Below are positions 50,504 to 60,700 of a stretch of DNA of 64,000 bases, in pieces. Location: contig LBOM01000004.1 of the NCBI GenBank assembly GCA_000989515.1, positions 56,149 through 120,148 of the forward strand. The letters are read 5' to 3'. Positions within the stretch are counted from its first letter, which is position 1; the number at the start of each line of letters is the position of its first letter. The notes under the pieces are model-generated. The model had not been told where the DNA came from. It saw only the letters and a list, made by a program, of their open reading frames with translations, and made no database searches. Position numbers and translations under genes: made by a program. The stretch comes from Candidatus Nomurabacteria bacterium GW2011_GWE1_32_28. GTDB taxonomy: Bacteria > Patescibacteriota > Minisyncoccia > Phycocordibacterales > UBA9973.

Positions 50504-52567
50504 TTAAATATCAATCTCAGCGAGTTTTGCATTTGATTGAATAAATGATTTTCGTGGAGGAACTTCAGAGCCCATTAAAATTTCAAATACTTTATTGGCT
50601 TCTTCCGCATCATCTATATTTACCTTCTTTAACACCCTATGACTAGGATCCATTGTAGTCTCCCAAAGTTCTTCAGGGTTCATTTCTCCGAGACCTTTAT
50701 AACGTTGAATGTGAATTTTTTTAGTCTTTGTTTCTTTTTCTTCTTCTTCTTTTTCTTCTTCATTCTCAACATCTGTTTCAACAGTCTGTATTTCATTTAT
50801 ATCTATATCTTTACCAATTAATTTATCTTTCTCTTCGTCAGTATAAGCATAACTAACTTCTTTACCTTTTTTTATTTTATAAAGTGGTGGTTGAGCAATA
50901 TAAACATATCCAGCATCAATAACTTGTCTAAAATATCGATAAAAAAGAGTAAGCAAAAGTGTACGAATATGTGCTCCATCAACATCAGCATCTGTAGCAA
51001 TAATTATTTTATGATAACGCATTTTTGAAAGATCAAAAGTGTCTCCAATAGAAGTACCTAATGCAATGACTAAAGATCTTATCTCTTTTGAAGCAAGCAT
51101 TTTATCAATTCTTGCTCTTTCAACATTTAAAATTTTTCCTTTTAATGGAAGAATAGCTTGTGTACGTCTATCTCTACCTTGTTTTGCTGAACCACCAGCA
51201 GAATCTCCCTCAACTAAAAATAATTCAGATTCTTCTGCACTTTTACTTTGACAATCTGCCAACTTACCAGGAAGTGTCATACCCTCAAGAGCACCTTTTC
51301 GAAGTACAGAATCTTTTGCTGCTTTAGCCGCCTTACGGGCCTTAAGCGCAAGAATAGATTTATTGATTATAGCTTTTGCCTCATCTGGATTCTCTTCTAA
51401 GAAAGCCGCAAAAGCTTCTGCAAATACAGAACTAACAGCACTTTGTGCTTCGACAGAACCTAATTTTGCTTTTGTTTGACCTTCAAATTGAATTTCTTGA
51501 AGTTTTACAGATATTACGCAAGTTAAACCTTCTAATACATCGTCTCCTGTAAAACCCCCCTCAGACTCTTTCATTAATTCATTCTTTTTACAATAAGTAT
51601 TAAGAGTTCTTGTAAGTGCAGTTTTAAAACCAGTGACATGTGTGCCACCTTCTCCTGTGTAAATATTGTTTGCAAAAGGAACAATATGATCAACCATATC
51701 ATCTATATATTGAAGAGCTATCTCTACTCCAACATTATCTAACTCTTTTTCAACATAAAAAATATGACTATGAATTGGTTTTTGAAATCTATTATAATAT
51801 TTTACCAAAGAAGTAAGTCCGCCTTCAAAATAAAAAGAAGTAGATGGCAATTCAAGCTCTAACTCTCTAAAATAAAAAATATCAGAATCATCTATTTTAT
51901 CTTCATATTTACGTGCATCAATAATTAAAATTTTAAGTCCTTTGACTAAATACGCTTGCTGACGAATATGATTCACAACTGTAGTCCAATCAAACTTGAT
52001 ATCTTTAAAGATTTCTATATCTGGTTCAAAAGTAATTATTGTTCCGTTTAATTTAGAAGAGCCATTTTTTTTGACAGCAGTTTTTTTCTTACCTTGAGAA
52101 TATTCCTGAGAATATTTACCGCCATCTTTATGAACTTCCGCTTTACAAAAAACAGAAAGTGCATTAACAACAGAAGCACCGACACCATGCAACCCTCCAG
52201 AAACTTTATAACCTTCACCTCCAAACTTTCCTCCAGCATGAAGTGTCGTCATTACAGTTTCCAATGCTGATACTTTTGTTTTTTTGTGTATATCTACAGG
52301 TATACCTCGCCCGTTGTCTGCAACACGTATGCGATTATTGGGTAATAATACAATTTCAATATCATTACAAAACCCCCCCATGGCTTCATCACGTGAATTA
52401 TCAAAAATCTCCCAAATCAGATGATGGAGACCTTCAGGTCCTGTAGTACCAATATACATACCAGGACGACGTCTTACTGGTTCTAGACCCTCCAAAACCG
52501 AGATATCAGAAGCATCATAATGATGCGCAGCTACTTGTGCTTTTTTTATGTCCTTTTCTTTAGCCAT
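50504..52567 (-). CDS. gyrB: DNA gyrase subunit B
   Basis: RPGMYIG, LHAGGKF, VEGDSAGGSAKQGR, TDADVDG, RYKGLGEM. Confidence 0.96.
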   Translation of the reverse strand: MAKEKDIKKAQVAAHHYDASDISVLEGLEPVRRRPGMYIGTTGPEGLHHLIWEIFDNSRDEAMGGFCNDIEIVLLPNNRIRVADNGRGIPVDIHKKTKVSALETVMTTLHAGGKFGGEGYKVSGGLHGVGASVVNALSVFCKAEVHKDGGKYSQEYSQGKKKTAVKKNGSSKLNGTIITFEPDIEIFKDIKFDWTTVVNHIRQQAYLVKGLKILIIDARKYEDKIDDSDIFYFRELELELPSTSFYFEGGLTSLVKYYNRFQKPIHSHIFYVEKELDNVGVEIALQYIDDMVDHIVPFANNIYTGEGGTHVTGFKTALTRTLNTYCKKNELMKESEGGFTGDDVLEGLTCVISVKLQEIQFEGQTKAKLGSVEAQSAVSSVFAEAFAAFLEENPDEAKAIINKSILALKARKAAKAAKDSVLRKGALEGMTLPGKLADCQSKSAEESELFLVEGDSAGGSAKQGRDRRTQAILPLKGKILNVERARIDKMLASKEIRSLVIALGTSIGDTFDLSKMRYHKIIIATDADVDGAHIRTLLLTLFYRYFRQVIDAGYVYIAQPPLYKIKKGKEVSYAYTDEEKDKLIGKDIDINEIQTVETDVENEEEKEEEEKETKTKKIHIQRYKGLGEMNPEELWETTMDPSHRVLKKVNIDDAEEANKVFEILMGSEVPPRKSFIQSNAKLAEIDI

Positions 52568-52660
52568 TTGATATTTAATTTAACTTAAAAAATAAAAGCA
52601 AAAAACAAATTTTGCTTGATATATTATAGCAAAAAGTAACATAAAAAACTAGTTAATTAT

Positions 52661-52705
52661 CGTATCTGCCAACTTGAATTTTTGCTTATATTGTTGCTTA
52701 TTTTA
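52661..52705. repeat. Direct repeat (left copy), duplicate of the pheT 3' end
   Basis: CGTATCTGCCAACTTGAATTTTTGCTTATATTGTTGCTTATTTTA is identical to 55371-55415. Confidence 0.95.
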
Positions 52706-53375
52706 CCTTTTTCATTATAAAAAGATATTTAAATCCTCTTAGATAGAAATTATATTGTCTTGCTCTTTCGTGCCAAATTCCTGTGTTTGATGTTTGATTA
52801 TGCCGAGTTAAACAAATCATATCAATAGTTTCAAAATATTTTTCTAACCTTTGCCACATTAAAAAACCAACAGGTGTAAATTTCTTTTTAACCCACTGAT
52901 CAGCAATAACCCAACCTACTACTTTACCTTGTTTTAAAACTCTTGCAATTTCACTAGCTGTTTTTTCTAACTCATCATAAAATTCAGTTTTTTCGCAAGA
53001 AATTTTACCAATACATTCTTTATTATCAGAATAATTTATATTATCAGAATAAGGTGAATCAATAAAAACAAAATCAACAGAATTATCTTCAAGTGGAATT
53101 TTACGAGAATCATTTTTTATTATTTCTGGTCTTGTGACATTTATATCATAACCAACAACTCTTCTCTTTAATTCATTTGCAACATCAATAGTCGTTCCAC
53201 TTCCACACATTGGATCAACAACTAAATCCCCTTCTTTTGTATATCGTTGAAGTAAATTCCAAATTACTAATGCTGGAGTAACTCCATTGTATTTGTTATT
53301 TCCATGAGACTTATTGCCATAATTTTGTGTAGGAAAATCCCAAAGCGTTGTTGATTCAATTTTTAAATCATTCAT
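52698..53375 (-). CDS. DNA amino-methyltransferase (small)
   Basis: Motif I DPMCGSGT, motif IV-like DSPY. Confidence 0.85.
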   Translation of the reverse strand: MNDLKIESTTLWDFPTQNYGNKSHGNNKYNGVTPALVIWNLLQRYTKEGDLVVDPMCGSGTTIDVANELKRRVVGYDINVTRPEIIKNDSRKIPLEDNSVDFVFIDSPYSDNINYSDNKECIGKISCEKTEFYDELEKTASEIARVLKQGKVVGWVIADQWVKKKFTPVGFLMWQRLEKYFETIDMICLTRHNQTSNTGIWHERARQYNFYLRGFKYLFIMKKVK

Positions 53376-53378
53376 AGA

Positions 53379-54047
53379 TTACTTTAAAAGTTTTTTTAAA
53401 TCAACAATAAATTTATCAAACATTTTTACTTTATTACTTTCTTCTATATTAGTTTCACTTAAAACATAACTTCCATCAGTATCTGTCTCAACAATCGCTC
53501 TACCTTTCTTTGTTGGTTTTTTAATAGTCAATGTTCCATCTTCGTCAGGGGTTACAAAATAAACTTTTATATGTTTAGTCGCCTCATCAGAAGCAAGTTT
53601 CATTTTCCAATAACCAGTTTGAGCAATTCTCTCTCTTAATGTAACCTTACTCGACAAAACTGCAACAACCTTACTTGTTTTTGGATTATAAATAATCAAA
53701 TCAACATCAGGTAAATGAGAACCAAATTCTCCATAATCAACGATTAAATTTCTTTTTACTAAACTTAATTCTTTTGACAAATTAACACTATTCGTCCGTT
53801 CTAAACTATTACCATTTATAACAATAAGTCCAAGTGCTTGAACTTCATCATTTATAATATGTTCAATTAACTTTTCTAAATTTTTACCCTTAAAAGCACG
53901 CCAAGATTGTTCATGGTCATTACCAACAAAATCTTTACCATGTTGTTCTTTTGCTTCTTTTAATAAATTAGAAATATGCCTATATGTTTCTATTCCATAC
54001 TTTTTCTTTTTTATTTCATAAATTTTTATAAGATCATTTATTGTCAT
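53379..54047 (-). CDS. Type II restriction endonuclease, BsaWI-like PD-(D/E)xK
   Basis: QSWRAFKGKNLE, LPDVDL, SSKVTLRERIAQTGYW; located between two methyltransferases. Confidence 0.8.
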   Translation of the reverse strand: MTINDLIKIYEIKKKKYGIETYRHISNLLKEAKEQHGKDFVGNDHEQSWRAFKGKNLEKLIEHIINDEVQALGLIVINGNSLERTNSVNLSKELSLVKRNLIVDYGEFGSHLPDVDLIIYNPKTSKVVAVLSSKVTLRERIAQTGYWKMKLASDEATKHIKVYFVTPDEDGTLTIKKPTKKGRAIVETDTDGSYVLSETNIEESNKVKMFDKFIVDLKKLLK

Positions 54048-54051
54048 AATT

Positions 54052-55323
54052 TTATTTTTCCATTACTAAAATATATTCTGTAGGATAAGCAAAAACCTTA
54101 TTTTTATCGGTTATCCGAGCAAATTTTCCTGTTTTCTCATCTCGAACAGAAGGTAAATTTTTTGATGGTATTTCTCTTTTAATAATATCAACCACTTTTA
54201 ATCCTAAATTTTGTAATTGTTCAACAAAAACTTCTGCATTAAGAATATCAACACCGATTAAACTTGTATTTCCCACAACAATACAAGTTTTACCACCCTT
54301 TTTTAATACTCTTTTCATTTCAACAAAAACTTGATTCATTTCGCTAAAATAAGTTGAAACTTCTTCAGCAGTTTTTTTATGTTTTATTAAAAGATCACTT
54401 CTTATTTTTTCAGCAAGCTTACTATTTAAAACTAAATCTTTTTTACTATGATATGAAGTCCCAATAAATCTTTTACGAAAATCACTTAAATCCTTTGTGT
54501 GTTCCAGCCATAATGCTGTTAATTGATGCAAGTCTGCATATTCATAAGAAGTAACATATGGTGGAGATGTAACAATTAAATCTACACTTCCATTTTTTAC
54601 TGGAATAGTTCTTGCATCTGTACAAACCACCTTACTAGAAATTTTTAAATAACCTTTTTTTGATAATAATTCAAACAGTTCAGCGTTACCACGTAACATC
54701 ATTTTTGTTTGTCTCAAAAATGTTTTAATTGGTTCTGATGGTTCTTTCCCAAAATCTCTTGTTGGTTTATTACTCTTTTGTAGCCAGATTGAACAATTTT
54801 TAAGAATATTTGAAAATCCACAAAAGAAAAAATCTTGAACATCCTGATCTTTAACTTTTATTATTTTAGAAAAAATAAACGCTAACCTCCTTTTTTCTTC
54901 TGCTTTAAACCAATAATCAATTCTTTCATGAGTGGGAACTTTTACTTTTATGTCTTTGTTATATTTTTCTAATTTCTTTTTTAATATTTCAAATTCTTTT
55001 TCAATTTTAATTGGATTTATTGGGGTAATTTTAGCTTTTGTTATCAAGACAGCTACAGGATTAATATCAACCGCTATTGAATATCTTCCCATAATTTTAG
55101 ATTCAATAATAGTTGTGCCACAACCACCAAATGGATCAACTATAAAATCACCCTTCTTTGTATATTTTTCTGCCAAACGAGAAACTATTTGTGGAATAAA
55201 TTTTGCAGGATAACGATGATACCCATGTGTAATGTAAGAAGTTTCTTTTCTTGTTTTATCAGAAAATGACCAAGATTTATCAATTTTTATTTTATTTAAT
55301 ATAGAAATTACAGATTGACTCAT
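54052..55323 (-). CDS. DNA N4-cytosine-type methyltransferase
   Basis: HRYPAKFIP, DPFGGCGT, TSPPY. Confidence 0.88.
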   Translation of the reverse strand: MSQSVISILNKIKIDKSWSFSDKTRKETSYITHGYHRYPAKFIPQIVSRLAEKYTKKGDFIVDPFGGCGTTIIESKIMGRYSIAVDINPVAVLITKAKITPINPIKIEKEFEILKKKLEKYNKDIKVKVPTHERIDYWFKAEEKRRLAFIFSKIIKVKDQDVQDFFFCGFSNILKNCSIWLQKSNKPTRDFGKEPSEPIKTFLRQTKMMLRGNAELFELLSKKGYLKISSKVVCTDARTIPVKNGSVDLIVTSPPYVTSYEYADLHQLTALWLEHTKDLSDFRKRFIGTSYHSKKDLVLNSKLAEKIRSDLLIKHKKTAEEVSTYFSEMNQVFVEMKRVLKKGGKTCIVVGNTSLIGVDILNAEVFVEQLQNLGLKVVDIIKREIPSKNLPSVRDEKTGKFARITDKNKVFAYPTEYILVMEK

Positions 55324-55366
55324 TTAGTTATTCTAGCATTTTTTAGTCTTAAAAAGAAACACAAAT

Positions 55367-57145
55367 TTAACGTATCTGCCAACTTGAATTTTTGCTTATA
55401 TTGTTGCTTATTTTAACCATAATTTCTTCTACTTCTTCGGCTTTTAGTGTTCTTTCAAAAGATTGAAAAACAAGCCTAAAAGCATATGATGTTTTCCTAT
55501 CTTTTGTGAAAGAATCAAATAAATAAGGTTCTTTTATTAACAAATCTGTGCCATTTTCTATAAGTATTTGTTTCAACTTATCTCCATTCTCTCCTTCTGG
55601 CATCCATACAGCAACATCACGAGAGATAAATGGATAAACTGACCATGGTTTAAAAGCAGATTTAGACTCATAATTTTTAGTTTCTAATTTAAAATCAGAA
55701 TTAATATCTTTACAAAATTCTTCCAAACTTATTTCTTTTATTTCCTTCTTTTCATTATAAGCAACATGTATTTCCTCTCCATTTTTGTTAAAAATAGTTC
55801 CAATTTCAAAAATCTTTATTTCCTTCATCTCAAGCAATGGTGCATTCAATTGATTTAATTTTAAACTTTCTTTTAATCCATCAGATAAATTTGTTCTTAA
55901 AAAATTCTTATCTGAAGCTGAGGCAAGTACTTCTACTTTTCCTTCATTTCTAAATGAATATGTCATAACTTCACTATATCCATCATTTAAAAGTTTATTT
56001 CTTGCTACAGAAATATTATAAAATTTTTCATTTATCTTAGGGACCCATTCTATTTTAGGCAATTTACCTTCTATTCTTTCATATCCCAAAATTTTAATTA
56101 CATCCTCAACTAAATCATGTTGACCAATTATGTCCATACGCAATAATGGAACTAAAATTTTAAATTCACCATTCTCTTCTTCGTATTCAAAACCAAGTTT
56201 TTCCCAAACACTTTCAATCTCCTCTTTTAAGAAATAAGTGCCTAGTCTTTTATTTATATATTCTACTGATACAAAAACAATATTTTGTTTTAATTTTTTA
56301 GGATAAATATCAACAATCTCCTCCGCATTACCACCAGCTATATCAAGAATCAAATTTGTTATCTTGTCCATGGTCTGAGTGCAAAGCTCTGGAGATATTT
56401 CATTTTCATATCTTTTAACAGCATCAGTCAAAATTCCAATCTTCTTTGAAGCTTTTCTAGTAGAAATAGCATCAAAATTAGCAACTTCTATTATTATATT
56501 CTTTGTATTATTATCTACCTCAGCCTTCATTCCACCTTTTATACCAGCTATAGCTAATATATCTCTCTTGTCTGCGATTACTAAAATAGATTCATCTAAA
56601 TTAATTTCTTTTTTGTCTAAAGTGGTGATTCTCTCCTCAGATTTTCCATTCCGAATAATTATTTCTTCACTCTCTAATTTATCTAGATCAAAACAATGAA
56701 TAGGTTGACCTATATCAAACATCACAAAATTAGCAGCGTCTACAATATTATTTATTGATTTTTGACCTATCGTTTCTAGTCTATTTTTTAACCAAACAGG
56801 ACTTTTATCTATCTTTACATCTTTAACAACTCTACCCATATAACGAAGGCATTTTTCTGACTCAATTTTAATATTTAAATTAGTTGAAGCTGTTTTAAAA
56901 TCCTTGTATTTTTTTTCTTTTAATTTCAAATTAAAAATAGCACTTATTTCTTTTGCTATTCCCCAATGTGAAAGACAATCATGTGCTCTATCTGGTAAAA
57001 CTTTTACATCAAAGACAATATCGTCGCCTATTTTACCTAAACTTTCTACTTCAAAAGAATGAAAAATAATACCCTCAGATAATTTTTCTGGATCTGGTAA
57101 TTTTTCTTCAAAATAATTTTGTAACCAATTATAACTAATTTTCAT
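55367..57145 (-). CDS. pheT: Phenylalanine--tRNA ligase beta subunit (short)
   Basis: MKISYNWL, PDRAHDCLSHWGIAKE, INNIVDAANFVM, C-terminal FDX-ACB domain. Confidence 0.95.
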   Translation of the reverse strand: MKISYNWLQNYFEEKLPDPEKLSEGIIFHSFEVESLGKIGDDIVFDVKVLPDRAHDCLSHWGIAKEISAIFNLKLKEKKYKDFKTASTNLNIKIESEKCLRYMGRVVKDVKIDKSPVWLKNRLETIGQKSINNIVDAANFVMFDIGQPIHCFDLDKLESEEIIIRNGKSEERITTLDKKEINLDESILVIADKRDILAIAGIKGGMKAEVDNNTKNIIIEVANFDAISTRKASKKIGILTDAVKRYENEISPELCTQTMDKITNLILDIAGGNAEEIVDIYPKKLKQNIVFVSVEYINKRLGTYFLKEEIESVWEKLGFEYEEENGEFKILVPLLRMDIIGQHDLVEDVIKILGYERIEGKLPKIEWVPKINEKFYNISVARNKLLNDGYSEVMTYSFRNEGKVEVLASASDKNFLRTNLSDGLKESLKLNQLNAPLLEMKEIKIFEIGTIFNKNGEEIHVAYNEKKEIKEISLEEFCKDINSDFKLETKNYESKSAFKPWSVYPFISRDVAVWMPEGENGDKLKQILIENGTDLLIKEPYLFDSFTKDRKTSYAFRLVFQSFERTLKAEEVEEIMVKISNNISKNSSWQIR

Positions 57146-57147
57146 AT

Positions 57148-57858
57148 CTAAAATTGATTAAACCTTAAATCTCCTTGATAAGCTGGACGAATATCTGGCA
57201 TCCCATATTTAATTACCATAAGTCTCTCAAGACCTGGACCAAATGCAAAACCTTGATATTTTAGAGAATCGATCCCACAATTTTTCAATACATTTGGATG
57301 TACCATACCAGCACCACCCATCTCAAGCCATTTACCATTAAACTTTAAATCAAATTCAATTGAAGGTTCAGTAAAAGGAAAAAAACTGGGACGAAATCGT
57401 AATTCAATCTCTTCACCTAACATTTTTTTATAAAAATAAGAAAGAACTCCCTTTAAATGAGCCATATCTATGTCTTCCCCTATCATAAGTCCTTCGATTT
57501 GATAAAATTGCATTTCATGTGTCGCGTCAGTAGCTTCATTTCTAAAACATTTTCCAGGAGCTATGATTGCAAAAGGTGGATTACCACCAGATTTGACTAA
57601 ATCTTCCATGTATCTAATTTGAACATTTGAAGTATGAGTTCTTAAAACTTTCCCTTTCTCTCCTTTAATATAAAAAGTGTCTTGCATTTCACGAGCTGGA
57701 TGATCTTTAGGAATATTCAATGCATCAAAATTATGCCATATATCTTCTAACTCTGGACCAGTGGCAATTTCAAAACCGAGTTCAGTAAAAATCTTTACTG
57801 CTTCATTTATGATTATTGAAAGTGGATGTTCCCTGCCTTTTTTCTCTTCGTTTTCCAT
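57148..57858 (-). CDS. pheS: Phenylalanine--tRNA ligase alpha subunit (catalytic core only)
   Basis: HPAREMQDTFY, LRTHTS, FRPSFFPFTEPS, GFAFG. Confidence 0.96.
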   Translation of the reverse strand: MENEEKKGREHPLSIIINEAVKIFTELGFEIATGPELEDIWHNFDALNIPKDHPAREMQDTFYIKGEKGKVLRTHTSNVQIRYMEDLVKSGGNPPFAIIAPGKCFRNEATDATHEMQFYQIEGLMIGEDIDMAHLKGVLSYFYKKMLGEEIELRFRPSFFPFTEPSIEFDLKFNGKWLEMGGAGMVHPNVLKNCGIDSLKYQGFAFGPGLERLMVIKYGMPDIRPAYQGDLRFNQF

Positions 57859-57913
57859 TTAGAAAATATATCACAAAAAATAGCTTTTTCCCAATATTTG
57901 CTATAATAAATAT

Positions 57914-58009
57914 ATGAAAAAAACTGAGTGGATTTTAATCATCTTAATAATTTTATTTGCCTTAATAGGTCTTTATTTTGGTTGGTTAGATAATGGCAAT
58001 AGTTTTTAA
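57914..58009 (+). CDS. 31-aa single-TM small protein
   Basis: MKKTEWILIILIILFALIGLYFGWLDNGNSF*. ATG lies 6 nt after TG-C-TATAAT. Confidence 0.6.
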   Translation: MKKTEWILIILIILFALIGLYFGWLDNGNSF

Positions 58010-59499
58010 TCTAATTCATTTAAGTGCTTCCAGATAGCATACATAGCATATGTATCAAGCTTACAATAAGTCTTTAAATGTTGAATCTTTTCCAGCTTCT
58101 CTTCTTTTGAATATACATCACTAACGATTTTATTCCATGTATCTGAAGCAGAAGCACCTTCTTGTATATCAAGAACCTTGTAAGACAACTCTGGAGCAAG
58201 TATAGGCAATATATATTTAATTGATGTTTTGCCTTTAAATTTAGGATGAACAAAATATTGATTAGAAAAAATATCCATAAGATCAATCATCCGAGAATTT
58301 ATATCTTCTAATGCTATTTTATATTCAGGATTTCTTTTGGCTAAATCTTTATTTCTTCCCATCTCAAAACTTTTATTCCAAACAATAATAGACCCACTCT
58401 TAGGTAATTTCTCTATAAGAGCTGAAATAAATTCTTCATCTCCATTTTCGTTTTTAGTAAAAATAAATTCAGAATGTTCTGGCTCTTTATTTTTATCCGA
58501 AAGTACATGTAAAGAAAACTGAAATGTTATTTGATTAAAAGGACTAAAGCCAACAAACCTTGGGACGCCAGCTGCAAAAGTTTCATAATCTAAAAAAGAT
58601 AGTGGCATAACCATAGTATTGAGAAAACTTTTAATCTCTTCTTTTTTTATAAAAATTTTATCCAATTGTGTAGCTAATACCTGATTCCTCTGTTTTTCAC
58701 TTAAAGGAAAATCTTCCGGTACGTCTTCAATAAGAAGAATATTGCTATCAATTAATTCTGTAAGTTTACTTTTTGACATTCCAATACGAGAAATATCATG
58801 GACACTATAATCAGGAACTTGCGGGTTTGAATAAGAAAAAGTCGTACAATGAGAGCTTCTACCTCTCGTAATACATTTACAAGAACCAAATGGTTCTTTA
58901 TTGGAAGATAGAAGATCATAAGCAGTTTTCATTTCTAAAGATACACCATCAACTACATTCATAACTTTTTCTGTAAAATCTTCTTTTAAAAAAAGTTGGT
59001 CTATATCAAGCTCAGCTCCTCTCACATATTGATTATTAAATCTTATAACAAATAATTTACCTAATGGAATATTTAATTCTTTTAAAACTAAATATTGGAA
59101 AGCTATGTCATAACTATAAAGTTTATCTTTAGCACTTTTATCTTCTCCACTATTAGAAGCCTTAACTTCATATAGGTCGTAGACATTAAAGTCTTTATTC
59201 CAAACTAAAATATCACAGATTGTTTTATATAAATCTGTTTCAAATACAGGTTGATATATTACAGGAGTTTTGGATTTTAAAAGCTTTATTGTTTCTTCTG
59301 TCTCATTTCTATCAGAAACCAAAACACCATTTGGAAATAATTCCCTAGCTAACGTATCAACTTCATTACCAGTTTCTATTATACTTTGATCAAATGCAGA
59401 TAAAGGTTTATCAAAATATATGTCTGGTTTATGTACTTTCAACCAAGCATTCTTTTCACAATCTCTATATATAAGATAATCAGTTTTGGTTAATTTCAT
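58006..59499 (-). CDS. DUF2779-type protein (Cas4-like nuclease N-terminus plus RNase H-like domain)
   Basis: LTKTDY...C..AWL, CDIL...YEVK, FLDYET, FQFSLH, YCKLDT. Confidence 0.8.
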   Translation of the reverse strand: MKLTKTDYLIYRDCEKNAWLKVHKPDIYFDKPLSAFDQSIIETGNEVDTLARELFPNGVLVSDRNETEETIKLLKSKTPVIYQPVFETDLYKTICDILVWNKDFNVYDLYEVKASNSGEDKSAKDKLYSYDIAFQYLVLKELNIPLGKLFVIRFNNQYVRGAELDIDQLFLKEDFTEKVMNVVDGVSLEMKTAYDLLSSNKEPFGSCKCITRGRSSHCTTFSYSNPQVPDYSVHDISRIGMSKSKLTELIDSNILLIEDVPEDFPLSEKQRNQVLATQLDKIFIKKEEIKSFLNTMVMPLSFLDYETFAAGVPRFVGFSPFNQITFQFSLHVLSDKNKEPEHSEFIFTKNENGDEEFISALIEKLPKSGSIIVWNKSFEMGRNKDLAKRNPEYKIALEDINSRMIDLMDIFSNQYFVHPKFKGKTSIKYILPILAPELSYKVLDIQEGASASDTWNKIVSDVYSKEEKLEKIQHLKTYCKLDTYAMYAIWKHLNELD

Positions 59500-59515
59500 A
59501 CTGATTAATTAAATA

Positions 59516-59914
59516 TTATTCTGTAGTTATCCCATCAAATTCTTCTTCACTAGCTATCGCTTCTTCTTTTGTAGCTCTGACAATAGCATCTTTATGATGA
59601 GCAGGAGAATAAATGGTGTAAAGTTTTAAATCTTCGGTATTAGATGTATTAATAATATTATGCTCTGCGCCAGCAGGAACAACAATAGCTGAACCATCTA
59701 CAACAATATATTCATTACCATTTATGAGACATTTCCCTTCTCCTTTTTCGAAACGGAAAAATTGATCATTATCAGCATGAATTTCCATTCCTATGTCTTC
59801 GTTTGGTTTCAAACTCATTAAAACTAATTGACTATGTTTGCCTGTGTATAAAACTTTACGAAAATTTGCATTTTCTAATGTCTCTTTTTCTATGTTTGTA
59901 TTAAATCCTTTCAT
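59516..59914 (-). CDS. Cupin domain protein
   Basis: NFRKVLYTG.HSQLVLMSL...EIH..DQFFR...HNIIN...LYTIYSP. Confidence 0.9.
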   Translation of the reverse strand: MKGFNTNIEKETLENANFRKVLYTGKHSQLVLMSLKPNEDIGMEIHADNDQFFRFEKGEGKCLINGNEYIVVDGSAIVVPAGAEHNIINTSNTEDLKLYTIYSPAHHKDAIVRATKEEAIASEEEFDGITTE

Positions 59915-59962
59915 AACATTTATTATATAATTTATTGGTAATATTTATGACCTATCTTAATT

Positions 59963-60700
59963 TTAACATATTTTTGTTCTTTTTATTGAAAAAGCTAAAG
60001 CTGGAATTTTAAGCTTGTTTCCAAGACTATTTGCAATAGTTCTGACATAAGTTCCACTACTACATTTTATTTTAAAACTAGCTACTAAATAGACGTTCTT
60101 TTCTGAAACTACTAATTTTTCTTTCCATATTTTTAAAATTTTATCTTGTCTAAAATCCCCCTTAACTTTTTTTACTCTTTTTTCTATATTCTTAAATAAT
60201 TTTTGATTATTTATTTTTCTAATTTTTTCTAATTTTAATTTTTTTATAAAAATCTTTCTTTCTGGTACTTCAACATCTTCTCCTTTTCTTGCATAAACAA
60301 ACAATGGCTTACCTTTTACTGTCTTCGAAGAATACATAGGATACAGTTGTACACTTTCACCAATAAAACTTTTTAAATTTTTCTTTATTTCTCTTTCTAA
60401 TTCATAATTCGTAATTGTTAATTCGTAATTGTTAATTACTTTTCCTAAAATATCATATGTATCTGTATTAAAACCAAACAAAACTTCAAAATCATATTCC
60501 TTCTCTAGTGCTAAATATTTTTCTTTATTTTTTGTTTCATCTCCCGTAAGTACTAATAAAATACCACTAGCCATTGGGTCAAGTCTTCCAGCATAAGTCA
60601 TTTTTATATCTTTATACTCTTTATTTTTTATACGAAAATTCTCCAAAGCTTCTAAGGGAGTTTCTCCTTCTTTTTTATTTAATCTAATTACTTTTTTCAT
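59963..60700 (-). CDS. truB: tRNA pseudouridine(55) synthase-like
   Basis: YAGRLDPMASG, TDTYD, PMYSS, CSSGTYVR. Confidence 0.85.
   Translation of the reverse strand: MKKVIRLNKKEGETPLEALENFRIKNKEYKDIKMTYAGRLDPMASGILLVLTGDETKNKEKYLALEKEYDFEVLFGFNTDTYDILGKVINNYELTITNYELEREIKKNLKSFIGESVQLYPMYSSKTVKGKPLFVYARKGEDVEVPERKIFIKKLKLEKIRKINNQKLFKNIEKRVKKVKGDFRQDKILKIWKEKLVVSEKNVYLVASFKIKCSSGTYVRTIANSLGNKLKIPALAFSIKRTKIC

Larger units (their letters stand above)
52657..55415. mobile_element. Restriction-modification island bounded by long direct repeats
   Basis: Three R-M genes lie exactly between the two 45-bp repeats. No integrase or transposase is present. Confidence 0.8.

Noticed and set aside
53379-54047. 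Avoidance of WCCGGW sites as support for enzyme specificity
   Set aside because: TCCGGA/TCCGGT sites occur (about 16331, 31623, 58715), and depletion cannot be judged by eye.
55367-57858. Short PheS/PheT, ProS and RpoB as pseudogenes
   Set aside because: Catalytic motifs are intact, and domain trimming is expected in reduced genomes.
36639-60437. CRISPR array
   Set aside because: The repeats are 7-mers without spacers and no cas operon is present. The Cas4-like part of the DUF2779-type gene stands alone.
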